From Tubiluchus corallicola (lineage: Eukaryota > Animalia > Priapulida), in assembly GCA_030141605.1 (NCBI GenBank), contig JAQGDQ010000005.1, positions 992,180-1,056,179 on the forward strand: a DNA stretch of 64,000 nucleotides, written 5' to 3'. Position numbers and translations under genes: made by a program. The notes under the pieces were generated by a model. It was not told where the DNA came from and searched no databases. It saw only the letters and a program-made list of their open reading frames with translations. This document shows, one piece after another, positions 13,601 to 27,498 of this stretch (positions are counted from its first letter, which is position 1; the number at the start of each line of letters is the position of its first letter).

Positions 13601-16261
13601 GGAAGACTCTATTGGTGAATTCTCTAGCACCATCTTTCATGATTGATTGTTTTGTTTCAGAAAAACTAAAAATTTGTTATAGCAAATCAAGTGGACCTGG
13701 AGGACAAAACGTGAATAAAGGTAAAACATATAAATCAACCAGAATTGTTTAATTATTTAATTAATGATAATACTATTATTAACAATATTTGATAGCTCTG
13801 TCATCTGCTGAAAATCATTGTAGAGTGTAGGGATGCACTGAAACTAGATTTCGAACCGGTACCATATTTTTCAAATCTTTTTTGGCCGAACCGAATTTCT
13901 ACAATTTTATTTTGCTGAAACCGAATTGAGCTGAATTTCACAATTTTTTTATCGAAACCGAACTGAGCTGAACCAAATTATTAACTTCTAGTAATAAATT
14001 TCATTAGTGGCTTCAGTATGTTTTTCAAAAAAGATTTATTTTCACACTTGGAGAGGTAAGATTCTATATTACGTAAGCCCCTTGATATGTGTACAAATTT
14101 CATTTTGATAACCCAAACAGTAAGTAACCAGTAATTAAATCAGTTTTCATTAAAAGATGACAGTATAGTCAATTACTTTAATATTGTAGCTTAATCAGTA
14201 ATCATATAGTCAATATCACATTTTACCTATTGTATCAGGGCGTCAAATATTTTACACTAAACTTCAATCTGCTGTGTTGCTTACATTTGATATGCTTGGT
14301 TAACTGTGCTTGACACAGTTACACTAAATTCATTGAACAATGTTGACAATAATTATAATCTACAAAGCATTCACAATTACTTCTGCCAAATTAACAAGAA
14401 AACATGTATGTGGAAATGAAGACGATGACTAGTGAATGTTTTCAACGATATCCGAGCGCATCACCCCAAATTTTAAAATTTTACTAAACTAGCTCAAACT
14501 GCCAGCCTACCATACACAAACAGTTTTGTTGAAAAATTGTCGGTTGATTTTGCCAGGCTTAGTTATGCTGCTTTGTGGCGGCGGCGTTCATCAGACAAAA
14601 ATGACAAATTATGAAAACAAATTTTTTACCAGTCACGACCGAATTCATTTAAACAGATCGACTCGAAACCGAATTTTGCAAAATTTCGACCAAATTTCTT
14701 AGAAAAAAACTTTACAGAATTTTCTTCTACCAACGAAATGAAACGAATTGAAAATTCTTTTCGGTTCAACAACCGAAATCAGGCTGTTTCCAAGTTTCAT
14801 TCGGTGCAACCCTAGTGGAGTGCTATTGATTCTATTTAGTCAAATATGTTTTACTCTTGTTTGTGGAACCAATAATCAATAGACACTATTTGCTTGGAAA
14901 ACGTAATTAGTGCAAAATGTCAGTTATTTTGACTGGCTTGATATTTTGTTGTATCTTTGTATTTATGTAACACAGATTCAGAAGCAAAATTTAACAAGTA
15001 TCCTACTCTAAAAATATTTTTGCATTGTTTGCGGGTGAAAGCAAATTGATTCATGGCTTCATATAATATATGAAATCATCTGTGCTGCTTACCTAGAGCT
15101 AAAGATATTTTCTCTGATTTTACTAGTTGGTTGTTGAATTTTTCGGCATCTAAAGAAAAGGTCATTTGTTACAGTTAATACAAAAGTGGAGATTAGATTT
15201 CATTTGGACACTGCTGAATGGATACCACAAGCTACCAGGGAGAAGTTAAAACAAGTGGTAAGAAGTAGTGACTGTTTTGTCTTATTTTGTGGAACTATAT
15301 TCTAGAAATAGTTACTTTGATAGCTATTATTTGAAGCAGTTAAAATTTAAGTAATTATCAAATAGTAATTAAAAACCTTGTTTTATTTTCGTGAGTCTAG
15401 GTTACTTTAAAATAATCTCTAGATGATTTTATATCATTAAAGTTTCAGCTTTTGTAATAACATTTGTTTTTCTGCAGTACCACAGAAGGGTGAATAAAGC
15501 TGGTGAATTTATTGTCGTTTCTGAAAGGACAAAGTCTCAACTGCTCAACACTGGTGATTGCTTGGATAAAATCAGAAGTGCTATCCGAGAATTGGAGAAG
15601 CCAGAGTCAGAACTATCACCTGAAAAACAAGCAGCTATTGCTGCTAGGTTAGTTAGATTTCTGGAAACATTTTGTTCTTATGGTTATTTGCTTTTTTGAG
15701 CTAGCACTCATGGTATAGCTAACGAACACCTTTAACAGATCAGGACAGACTATCTCTAACTGAATTTACTTAACTATTGTGCATAACATTGAAAAATTGG
15801 GCTTAGATGCATGGACGAGCTAGTGTTCAACAGTATACAACCCATGATTTTATAGTTAGTACTTGCTGATGTATCACAATTTTACATTAATGCAGTTATG
15901 TGCAAAACATGCAAGACAATCCTGTAGTGTTTTCAGCGTACAACAGAGCTCACATAGAAGGATTGGCATCACTAAACTTTGTTGATAAATTTTGTTGTTG
16001 TTGTAGAATTTCACTTGAGTGTCTTCCTTGCAAGCAAATGTCTCGTAATTATAAAAAAATGTGAAAGCAAGCTTTTACATACTTTATTTTTTTATGTATT
16101 TTGCACTTGCATACATGAAGTTTGACAAACATCATTGAACATAGTCTTCTATTTTCTCTTGTTTTTGTTCTAGGATCGAAAAGAAGAAAAAGGAAACTTT
16201 AAAACAAAAGCGAATCAGATCTATGACAAAAGAACATCGACGAGCTCCAATTCTTCGATGA
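10696..16261 (+). CDS. MRPL58: Mitochondrial peptidyl-tRNA hydrolase ICT1 / mL62 (about 217 aa)
   Basis: Exons 10696-10893, 12850-12904, 13661-13720, 15175-15257, 15478-15647, 16174-16261 are phase-consistent. Motifs: [50 protein letters not shown] (catalytic GGQ), and a basic C-terminal tail. Start may be 10696 or 10708. Confidence 0.93.
13225..13438. mobile_element. Short TTAA-flanked non-autonomous DNA element (Kolobok-like)
   Basis: TTAA-AGAAATACAT ... ATGTCTAGCT-TTAA imperfect terminal inverted repeats. Confidence 0.4.
13828..14814. mobile_element. hAT-type non-autonomous element (MITE) in ICT1 intron 3
   Basis: Termini TAGGGATGCACTGAA / TTCGGTGCAACCCTA; 8-bp target duplication GTAGAGTG (13820-13827) / GTGGAGTG (14815-14822); many subterminal AACCGAA motifs. 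Confidence 0.85.
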
Positions 16262-17309
16262 GAAATTACAATTAGTTTCTACATTTTTAATTTTTCCTAG
16301 TAATTTATCAGATAAATGCACAGTCATTGCTTAACTAAAACGTTTTGTGTTCTCTAAGTTTTTTTACTGACAAGAGAATGTACCTGACATGTGATTAAAC
16401 TTTGTTGGAAAATTACTCATTTCAGCCTTACTTATCACTGTATTAATTTTACAATTTTATGTATGTGTGCACTTGAAATATTTTCAAATGATTTTGATTC
16501 ATGAAAGGCATAATAATGTGCTCTTTGTGGGTGGAATTTCAATTCTAGTTTCATAGCTAATGATATCAATTCAGCATTAGTGGTCAATATTTTAGTAGCA
16601 GTTTGAAAGGGGACTAAAATAATAATGATATTAGAGGATTATGTGTTCTGTGAGGAGCTTATAACTTCTTTAAGCACATGGTTAACCTATAGTAGCTGGC
16701 AAATCTGCGGCTTTCAACTCTGTAAGTATTAACTGAGTTACACTTCAAAACTTTGGAATCATGTTTGATAGGACAAAATTTAATATTCGTTGCTTTTTAT
16801 TGTATTACGTTTGAATAACTAACTAAGTAGTTGCAAAAATAATAGGAAGATTTGAATTTGTTTTTAATTACATATTTTGTTATTTCTTGTGTCATCTACA
16901 TTTATCTCGTCTAAAGATGCAAAATGACTCTCACCCATACTTTTGAATGTCTGGGCAATAAAATTGTTAATTGTTACTATATTACGACATTAAATGCTTA
17001 CTTTACTTTCTCCTTACTGAACCTAGCAAATTTTGTGGCAAAATAACAAATCTTATTATATAGTTACAGTTTGCACAATCAAAGTACAGGGTCACCCACA
17101 TTGTAAAAATAAAATTATTTTGTACATACTAAGTATAGTGTCAATGAATTTTAAAAATAAAATGATTGAACAACAAACACGTTTATTTTTTATTTGTGAG
17201 TGTTTATAAGCACCATTTAGGCTTTCAACAGCTAAGTCTTCTATACATCCCCTATTGAAATGATAGACTTTTTACAATTTTGCTTTTTTATAATTCTGTT
17301 TGAATTTTC

Positions 17310-17465
17310 TTGCGCAAGATAATGATTCGGGTAGTTTTGCGCGCATGAAAAAAATCTTATTGTTTCGACCAATAGATGGCGCGATCATATCGCCGCCCTC
17401 GTGGCTGCTTGAATGGAACAGCGAATGGTGAATATTTGAGCATACGTTTTCTTATTTCTTCGATA
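17310..17465 (+). promoter_or_regulatory. CpG-rich eIF3d promoter region with CTCF-like motif and pyrimidine tract
   Basis: Local CpG enrichment, GCGCGCATG near 17339, CCAATAGATGGCGC 17369-17382, and a pyrimidine run just before the ATG. Confidence 0.5.
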
Positions 17466-20400
17466 ATGTCTGCGAAATTTATTCCCCCAACTATACAGGA
17501 CAACCCTAAAGGATGGGGTCCGTGTGCTGTACCGGAGCAGTTTAAAGACATGCCATATCAACCATTTTCTAAAGCAGACAGACTTGGCAAAGTAAGTGCA
17601 ATAGTGTGATTGAAATTTAATGCGTGTACACATCTTGATACTGGTGTTTTTGGTGATGTCTGTGAACATCAAAATTTTCATACAATTTTTTTATTCACCT
17701 GTAGGTTTCAGATTGGACCGGAACTACATACCAAGACAAGCGCTATACTAGTAAGTATACATTGCAATAATTCATCGCTTTACGTTACAGTTTACCATTT
17801 AAATTCAACATCCGCAAATTTTTGCAGTTTTTTTGTTGTTAGGAGTTTTTAGCATTACTTTAAATTGGAAGTTACTTGCATTGCTTTCCTAGCAGGGCTT
17901 CTATTTTCTGTCAATTTTAAAGGTTTTTTTAAAGTAGGTTTACTAATTTTTTTTTCAATCACAACCAATTTTGGTGATAGAATTACAAGGTGATATAGAG
18001 CTATAAGCAGCTAACTGATTTTCCACCAATAGACAATAATCAATAAAAGCTGCCAAAAAGTTACCACGTTCCCTGTGATTTATGAGCATTGGTACCCATG
18101 AAACGAAAAACCTGCACTACATGAAAACGTCTGAAATTTCAGATTGGCTTTATGAAAGGTTAAGATGGTTTCTATTTTTATAGCTAGCATCCTAAAGACA
18201 AGGGTCCTACTGGAGACCAGACCACTGCTATTTATTTCAAACTATACTTACAGGTTTAAGATTAAATTTTATCAGTTGTTGAAGGAACTTGCAATTTTGA
18301 TAGATGATAGAAGAACCAAAATCAACAAACTGACCTATGTTCAGTAACTGACGACTAAAACAATTAGCAATTGATAAAAACTTTGACAGCAAATTTCATA
18401 TTTAAAGCAGTTTCAAAGGTGAAACTTTGTAAACAGTGTTGCACATGATTCACGAACGAAAACATTGGACGACTGCTATTCAATATACAAATGAAAGAAA
18501 CGACGAACAAAATATAAAAAACTAACAACAATACACGAAAACCAACAGCAACAGGAATTTATAACAGTGTATTACTTAGTTGATAATAAATAAAATTGTA
18601 ATATTTGCTACTGACTGTAAGACGCCATCACACAGAGCTAACGGAAACAGTGGCAATATCTGATCACATAATGGATACATACTGAACGTGATATTTAAAA
18701 ACCGGGATTATGAAACCAGCAGCTGTTTAGTAAATCCTGATGCCATAATTGTAAGGCAAAAAATCATCAAACTATTCGTGTTTTTTTAAAGATATTTGTA
18801 AAAATAAAAAATTAATGTAAATATTTTTTTAATCTTGAACAACGAGTATCTAACAACAAGTTGTAATTGCTCATGGAAAGAAGCCGCCACATAAAACATA
18901 GCAATTATCAGCCTATTTTTGCTTATATGATTAACTTGATCTTAATCATTGCACATATGAATTGTAAGGAAAATTTTTATTTCCTTTACCAAAGTAGGTA
19001 AAGAAGATATTCCACAATGTAGTTGTAGATGCATGTAGATGCTAAGGAAAGTTTGTGATATTACATGTGCATGCTGAAAAAATAGATGTACATTACAGGT
19101 AAATAAAAAAAGTAGTTCCAAACACTGCTTGCAAAATGCAAAACCAACAAAATTAAACAACTAGAAGGACGAATGTTTATATGACTTTTTTGATAAATTA
19201 ATAATTGGTTAAAAGTTATTAACCAATAAGCGGTCAGAGCCCATATAGAAATCCTGCAGGTTTCCTCAAAAGGAAAAAATAATGCACAACACCAGTTACG
19301 CCGCATTGGTTAGCTCTGCCTTTATGTATGCCTTATAGGCTGGTTATACTGAATGGTTATAAACAAGCTCTTGAGATGAGGTTTACAGTTCTACAGTCCT
19401 GCCTTAATTTGACTAACTAATCTATGTAAGTTACCAATTTTCGTTTAGATCGCTACCAGTCGCAGTTTGGCTCGGCTAGCCAGTATGCATATTATCATGA
19501 CGAAGATGAGAACACCTTTCAGTTGGTCGATACTGCAAAAGTACAAAAACCTATCTATCAACGAGGTCGCGGGAAATTTAACCAACGAAACATGCGTCGT
19601 GACAGGGAACGCCGCGATCAGAAGCAAGCTGCACAGATGCAGGTTTTATCTAAGACCCAGAAAAGCAGAGAGAGGTAGGTATTTATGATTCAAATTTTCA
19701 ATAAATTTTGAATATTGCTGCAACAAATAAACTCTAAATATAGATTGTAAATATTTATAAATTGTAAATAAAGATAGATTGTAATTTTACTCCAAAATTA
19801 TTTTATTTTTTGGGGTAAAATTTTATTCTCCTGCTGGGTAGTATTGTTTGTATTAAATTGTAAATACAAAAAGCTGTATCCAAAGTGATGTGCTTACTAT
19901 TCAAATATTTTATTTACTCTTAGTCTTATGTTTTATGTAGAGATCGACAGAGGCAGATGAAAAAATGGCAGAAGCAATATGGTGTTCGTCAGAAGTTTGA
20001 CAACCGAGGACAGGTAGTTGGTTACTTATGACAATATATCATCAGTATATTTTAGCACTGGTTTGCTTCGCTTCTTCATCTAAAAGAAGCTGTTTAGATG
20101 CATTTGCTGCTGAAAAAGTTTATTTGTTACGATATTATTCAGTTATAAATTTTGCCGTAACTGCGGTGTATTTTAACAGATGGCCTGCATGAATTTCGGT
20201 TTTTCTTTCTTTTTCAGCAGCCAATGAAACAGCGAGTTGCATCAGTTCAAGTACGTCCAGACTGGAAAGTCATTGAAGAGATGGATTTCCCTCGACTAGG
20301 AAAACTGTCTCTCCCTTCAGTGGAACTGCCAACAGATGTGTAAGTTTCATTAGTACACCACAACTTGAAAAAAATGCAGCTTCAACTAAGGCTGCTGCTG

Positions 20401-23400
20401 AAAATTTTATAAAGTAAAGGTAGGACCTTCGTGTGCGAGTAATGTGTGATGTGCTTTGATTGTTTCCATGTGTCTGTTAATACTTGCAAAATAAAGCCAA
20501 GGACACTCTTTCTGCTATTTTTGGTTGTTGTTTATGAAAATTGGAAAAAAAAAATCATTTTTGGAAGCAATGTTTTGCTCAGAATTTCAGCGTAACAAAG
20601 ATCAAGAAATAGTCACAGTGATGGAATTAGCTTATGCTGCATAGGTTTTGGTGCATAACATTTTGTGAGGTTCTGGGTGCATAACATTTTGTAAGGTTTT
20701 GGATGCGTAAAACTTTGTATTGGATAGAACAACATGGCATTTGTCACCACTTAGTGAAGGAACTGGGACTAGATGCAGAACAACATAATTATATGCTTCT
20801 TCCACTTTTTAAAAACTCAAATGGAAAAATGTTACCGTGTATGGGTTCTGAAGTGACTAAAACTTGCTTGACCATGAAACCAATCAACAAGAATTGACAA
20901 CGGAAACTTAAAAATTCGCTAAATCACCTGGGCAGTTTCCTGTCTGCGTACTGCTGCGTGATGTGTATTTGGATGATTAGCTATCCTGTTCGTATAAATG
21001 CGGATCACGCATGGTGAATTGTGTATTACATACACATGTATTTAAATACAAACTGTTTACGTAGCTGATATGAAGATATATCTACAACCAACATAAGCAA
21101 GAAAAAGTCTTTACGTCTTTACAAATTCTGAAACAAAATATACGTTTATAGTTGAATGGTTTATAGTACTTAGGAAATGAGTTTCACTTGTTACAAAAAT
21201 TTCGTTGGACTCCTGTATGATGGAAATACATCCGATCTGAATGAATTGCAATACAAGTTGCTTGTCAAAAATGATCTAACTAGCTCCAGTTTCTTATCAT
21301 CTATTGCTGCTGCACAAGAACCCATTCTTGCATTACCATCACCAGTAGGAATTGGTTGGACAGCCGCTCAGTCCAGGACAGTAACACCTCTTTTAATGAA
21401 TGATGCCTGAGCTCCTGGTAGTATAAAGGAATTAGTGATTTGCAATTGCAAAAAAGGCTGTAAATGTCAATGCAGTTGCAAAGTTGCATGTTTCTTTTGT
21501 ATGCCGTCATGCAAGTGTGACTAGGAAATTTGTACAAACATCATTAATGACAAAAGTGACGAAGAAGAAGACTTAGAATGATCCTCAGAATAAACTAGAC
21601 AAAGTAAATGTTCAAAGGCTGAATGTGTGTAACAATAAATAGCGTCTTGCTTACCATGCCCAAATTTGCTATAATGTGGCTTTGTGGAGTTGGTTCCACA
21701 AATCGGCCCGTGCTACCCACACGGCCCACCTGAAAATTAGTACTGCTGCCACTCAGGCAATGAGCATCAAGGTGCCCTCTGTCATCTGATGTAGGTAAAA
21801 ACTGGTTACCAGAATGAGTGAACGAAACTCATTTTCCTGGCCTTTTTTTGAGTTTGCCCTCCCGGGGACTATACATATGGTGATAAATAATTATTATGAT
21901 CCTAATGTCAAGATTATTATTAATGATGTGACATTAAGATTAATAATAAATCACCTGTGGAAATTTCTGGCTCATAATTAATCAAATTAAAAAAATGTAA
22001 TTTGTTAGAGTTGTGAGTGATCTAACACTGGAAATTTGATTGGCCTTCTATAAGAGACAAGTACTGTCTTGACCACTGGCAGATGAGGCGGCCTAGTGGT
22101 TAAGGCTCTTGCGATGTAAGCAGAGGTCCTTGGTTCAAATCCAGACTGCATCCCAACAATTCCACATTTCCTATCTTTCAAGTTTCTTATCAAAATTTAA
22201 TTAATTGTGCATTTGTGATATCATAGTGATACATGTTATATCTATTTTTTAGTGTTCGCTGTGGTTCTTTAGAAATGTATGATAAGGTGTATGACAGAGT
22301 GACAACTAGGAATGAAAAGAAACTGATGAGAGTCAATCGTATTTTCCACAAAGTTACCACTACAGATGATCCAGTTATACGCCGAGTAAGTCTATAGGTT
22401 TTGCTACTTTTATAGTTTTGTGGCTAACCAGTTATTACTATTTATGTTTTCTAATTCCTGCGTGAATGTTTTAACAAATTTAAGTGGGCCCTTATTTTTG
22501 TAAATGTAAGCTGCAAATATGTTCTGTGCCAATGAAGGTTTCAGTGTTTCATCGATTAATTTTTTATTGCAATATCCCAAATAATGTAAAGGGTTGACAT
22601 TCTTTGCCCTTCCAAGAACCATACCTCATTTTCTTCTGGTGAACCAAAAACCATACGTCCTTTTTTTCTCAGGTTGTCAGTCCTGTTGCAAAATTCAGAG
22701 ACTAATTTTTCCCAACACATAAATTAGTCATTCATACAGTGGACAATTTATTTTGTGGTGTAAATTATTTATGCTTTGCAGCATTACTCTTTGTCTTAAT
22801 ATATATATTAATATTTAATATTAGCATTTAATATTGTGTTTGCAAAACAGCTTGCAAAAACTGAAGGCAACGTTTATGCAACCGATGCAATTCTTGCTAC
22901 TCTAATGACAGCAACTAGATCCGTTTATTCATGGGATATCCTTGTACAACGCGTAGGAAACAAACTGTTCTTCGACAAGAGAGATGATTCTGAATTTGGT
23001 AAAAAAAAATTTAATCAGTAGACATTGTAACGCTAATAGACAGATGCTACAGTTTGATTAGAAATAACTCTTTTGTTGGCATTTAATACCAAGAATCTGA
23101 AAAATGTTTTTTGTAGAACTTTGGGATGCAGTTGTTTCACATTGTGATAAACATATTTTGAGTTTTGATATGATAAATAAAGTAGCTTACATTTTATTAT
23201 GCCAGCCAAGATTCATTAAAACTGCACAATTATACTAGTAGCTATTGTAATAATAAACTGGCCAGCAAAAATTTGGTGACAATTCATGCAATTTACTGGC
23301 ATGAGTTATGACTTTCATCATGCATTATGTAATTGCCAATCTGTTGTAGATTTGTTAACCGTGTCAGAGACATCAAGTGAGCCGCCCGCTGAAGAAACCC

Positions 23401-26400
23401 AAGGGTTAAATTCACCAAGAAATCTTGCTCTGGAAGCCACCTTCATCAACCACAACTTTTCTCAACAATGTTTGAGACAGGTACCACGGCTAATTCGAAC
23501 ATTTGCTCATAGAAACCTCGTAAAAATTAGTCAAATTTTGAGTATTGACTAGAGCCACTCTGTTTTTGGTATTGTAGATATAAGAATTGCAAGTATTATT
23601 TTTTTCAATGTTGCTATAAGAATTGTAGTTATTATTTTTTCAATGTTGTTATTTTTAGAACTGAAATTGAGTTGTTTTTGAAGTCATGCTTGGTAGTTAT
23701 TACGTACAGCTGTTTTGGTTTGCATTAATCAGGTTGTAACTCAATAAAGTAGTAAATGTTAATATATGTTTTATAAAGCTGCTTTGCTATAAACTTTGGA
23801 TTAATAATCCAAGTCATCTTATCAAATTACTTACAATGTTTTGCAGGGAGAGGAACGGCATAATTTTGAGCAAAGAAATCCTTTTGTACAAGAGGAAGAA
23901 GAGCAAGAAGTTGCATCAGTTGGTTATAGGTAAGCAGAAATCTTTTTTTTGAAGAATTTATTCATTTTGATATATATTAATCAATTTTATGTGTGAACGA
24001 GACACTATTTTGTGATTTGCTTTTTGCATTAAAGTGCACTTTAATTAAGTGATTTTTGTGCTCGTACATGGTATTATAAAGTTTTCCTGAAAGTATTAAC
24101 TCATAATTAAGTTATCAAGCTCAAGAAAAGTCATACAAAGCAATAGAACCAGTCCTATAACTTTTGTAATGAGCTTTTATGATACTTCCATTACTGGCTT
24201 AATGCTGAACATTATAATTCGTTGTGCAGGTATCGTAGATGGGATCTAGGTAATGGGATTCAGCTGATTTGTCGGTGTGAACATGATGCTACAATGATGG
24301 CGACAAACAACGAGTTGCAGTTCATTAACATAAAAACTCTTAATGAATGGGACCCGAGAATTAAGGTGTGCTTTTTGTGCTAAATAGCTTTAAAATTTTA
24401 ATTGCCCTATAAACCTTTCTACTCAAGATCAAATTTTGAGTTTTTACTATTGATTTTAGCATTCTGGAGGTGTGGATTGGAGGCAGAAACTGGACACGCA
24501 AAGAGGTGCTGTATTAGCTAATGAATTAAAGAATAACAGCTGCAAGTTAGCCAAGTGGACTGTGCAAGCCATATTGGCAGGTTCTGATCAAATCAAGTTT
24601 GGGTGAGTCTTTGCAATAAAACACTTGCGTCATTAGTCAAGTTGTTTGCTTATTTTTGCTCTTAGATCCTTTCATCCCAAATGAACCACCGTTCATTCTA
24701 AATGAAGAATGCTGTTTTGGTTTTATGATACTTGCAGTTTTCTTATCCATACCAGATAGTCAATATTTGAGTACCAAACATGTTATGGGACTTGGTTTTG
24801 ATAAGCATCTTATAGTGTATTTTGTCAAGAAGTTGAGAATTGTTGGAGATAGATGCCGTAACAATGTGTGAGGCTTAGTAGTCAATACAATAATGACTAT
24901 TACTTTAATTAACTGTCAATTTTTCTTAAAAGTTTTATTAATATTATTTATTACATTATTAATTAGTTAATTGATAATTACTTCTATAGGTTATATAGAT
25001 AGGTGATCATTATGCAAACAGGCAGTGAAATGACTAAACCGATTCTGTTTCACATAAATATTAAAATGAATTTGCAGCGGCTATTTTGATCAATGCTTGT
25101 TTTACTTTTTCTAGTTACGTATCGCGTGTGAATCCATATGACTCTTCTAAACATGTCATCTTGGGCACGCAACAGTTTAAACCGATTGAGTTTGCTAGCC
25201 AGATATCCCTGTCTATGGATAATGCTTGGGGAATACTGCGCTGCATTATCGATTTATGCATGAAACTTGAGGATGGCAAATACCTTATTCTGAAAGATCC
25301 AAATAAGGTAATATTGTAGATGACCTGACTGCATTCCTTACAGAAATTTTAACGTGCATACTTATCTCTAAGATGTTTGAATTAATCGAATGAAGCTAAG
25401 GTGAATGTGTTAGGAATTACCATTTTGTTGTACTTTTCAGCCTGCTATTCTTATCTATGATATTCCTGATAACACTTTTGATTCAGACGAAGATGATGAA
25501 TCAGAAGATGAAGAGTCTGAAAATGACGGTATGTTTGTAAGCATCTTAATTACATCGGTGTAGCTAAACCCATGCTTTCGAGGGTTTTTTGTCATTAAGG
25601 AAAAAACTAATTCTACCATGCACTTACACATTGGCTCATGAGTCTGTACTCATCAGTAATAATGATTTTAATTTTGCATAATTATTTTTGTACACACGAT
25701 AACTTTTTCCTGAAATAGAATGGAAACTTAATAATTTAATCTGACCTATTGTAATCATGCTATCTCACCATGTAAGTTAATTCAACATTATAAAGCAGGC
25801 CGTTGCATGCATGTAATGCAACCATTTCCGGTGTAAAAATGTAGACAGTTAAACGAGAATTTCGCTTCGGCAAATAATTGCATATTCGGTTCAGTTTCAT
25901 TTTCTTCGAAAATTATTAAGTTTCGTAGCCAAAACTTTTTAGAAATTTTCTGTAGCATTTTTCCAAAATTTTAGTAGTATTTGTCCAGCTTACCTTTTTT
26001 TACTCCCAGATGTTAAAAATCGCTGAAAAATCTTAGCCAAAATAGTTCAAATAAAGGGAAAATATTGTTTATTTTACTTTTTTGTACCATTTGTAGCATG
26101 CTTTTTATGGCAATGCGGTATATCTTCAGTGCTGACAGCTGTTTAGCTTTAGGGTCTCCAGGCACAATCAGTCAAAATATTAAAGTGTAATTTGAACAAA
26201 ACCAAGTTTAATTTGATAATTTATGAAATAGGCAAAAAAATGAAATTTGTCAATTTTTTGAAGCATTATGATCTTTAACTGTACACATTGTTCTACTTTT
26301 TTGATCAAGTTTGTATCAGAACAAATAAAAGGAAACAAGCAAAAACAAAGTATTTTATTTATTTCAGAATTTTTTCAGTTTTGATAGTAGTTGGTTTTGC

Positions 26401-27498
26401 AAAAATGATTTCGGTTCAGTTTCATTTGGTATCGGTTTTGTATATTTCATAAATATCGGTTTCTGTTTGTAATTTCAATTTCGGTAACATCCCTGTTTCA
26501 CAGTTAGGTAAAATAAGTAAAAATATTTTTTACATTTTGAGGTCTGGTTGACTTTGGAGGTCATAATTCAGTGAACCTGCTAAACATGCTATTACTCTAA
26601 CACTGCTTACCTATCTCACTCCATAGCTATACTCTAGATGAACATATTTTTATTGGCTTAAGTAAGTGCAGAATGTGAAACAAATGTTCATTTTGGAATT
26701 TGCCACAGCTGAAGAAAAAATACAATTTGTATCACCAAAAAATTACAAACAGGGCAAAAATTGGCTATAGGGTTTTAAAAGACAATGTAATTTCTAGTTT
26801 GAAAAGTTCTGTAATTTACAAGACTACTATAGAAATTTGTCAGTGTCACAAAATATGCAACTTTGTTGGGTGGTTCTCATTTCCAATGGGTGGATTTCAG
26901 AGAAAGTATTTTTTCTGGTAGCAAAATTGTAATTATAATTAATGCATGTACATATATGATTAGCAAAAAATGGGTAAATTTCTTGAAAACCATTCCTGTA
27001 CTTAATAATATAATCACAAAACGACGACAGTATGACAAAAGATTTGAAACAATTTCTCAGTTAGTGCTGGTTTTCATGTTGAAGAATTTTTACAAAAAAA
27101 CTTAGCTGTTTTATGCTCAGCTGTTTGTTGAACTTGTATTGTAGTTGTTTTTACACCTATTGTTGCAGGAAAAACACAAAATACAACTTCTTTGAGGCAC
27201 TTCTCAAGCCTTTTACACACATAAATTTCAAAACTTACTTGGGTGTTTACTAATACATTTAGTATCATGCTTGTTTTCACAAGGCGTTTTATTGTAATTA
27301 CACGTGTACCTCATCTCAAACTGGCCGTATTTTGTGAGACTTGACTTTCGTAAAAAAATTTTAAATTTTATGCATTCTAATTTTCACATTCTGCATTTTT
27401 ATTTAAACGAAAATGACTAGATACTAATATATGCCTGTAATGTGGAGCTGAATATTTTTTTACTATTTTTTGTTAATTTTACAGATGAGGAGGATTAA
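17466..27498 (+). CDS. EIF3D: Eukaryotic translation initiation factor 3 subunit D (about 553 aa)
   Basis: 14 phase-consistent exons: 17466-17591, 17705-17750, 19449-19674, 19941-20013, 20218-20339, 22253-22385, 22851-22998, 23350-23480, 23847-23929, 24230-24365, 24460-24602, 25115-25307, 25441-25528, 27485-27498. Motifs [63 protein letters not shown] and an acidic tail. Confidence 0.97.
20703..21871 (+). mobile_element. Decayed DNA transposon coding remnant, Academ-like (Cys-rich C-terminus), in eIF3d intron 5
   Basis: Broken frames give [45 protein letters not shown] and [13 protein letters not shown]. Possible right terminus ...CCGGGGACTA at 21871. Family assigned from memory of the motif. 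Confidence 0.55.
22081..22155 (+). pseudogene. tRNA-like sequence (tRNA pseudogene or SINE head), nominal anticodon TGT
   Basis: A box GGCCTAGTGGTTAAGG, B box GGTTCAAATCC, partial acceptor pairing GATG/CATC, ends CCA. Stems are mismatched and the U33 position is not U. Confidence 0.7.
25796..26495. mobile_element. hAT-type MITE related to the 13828-14814 element; left end uncertain
   Basis: Right terminus TTCGGTAACATCCCTG and repeated TTCGGTT motifs; no clear target duplication. Confidence 0.6.

Noticed and set aside
17376-17465. 30-codon in-frame N-terminal extension of eIF3d (MARSYRR...)
   Set aside because: Homology starts at MSAKF; the upstream ATG sits inside promoter-like sequence and is probably upstream of the TSS.
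19225-19390. Two possible hairpins ending near ACA in eIF3d intron 2 (H/ACA snoRNA-like)
   Set aside because: No ANANNA H box between the hairpins and the pairing is weak; not supportable by eye.
20646-23648. Short direct repeats (20650-20702, 23579-23648) considered as array-like structure
   Set aside because: Only two adjacent copies each with no unique spacers; ordinary local duplications in eukaryotic introns, not CRISPR-like.
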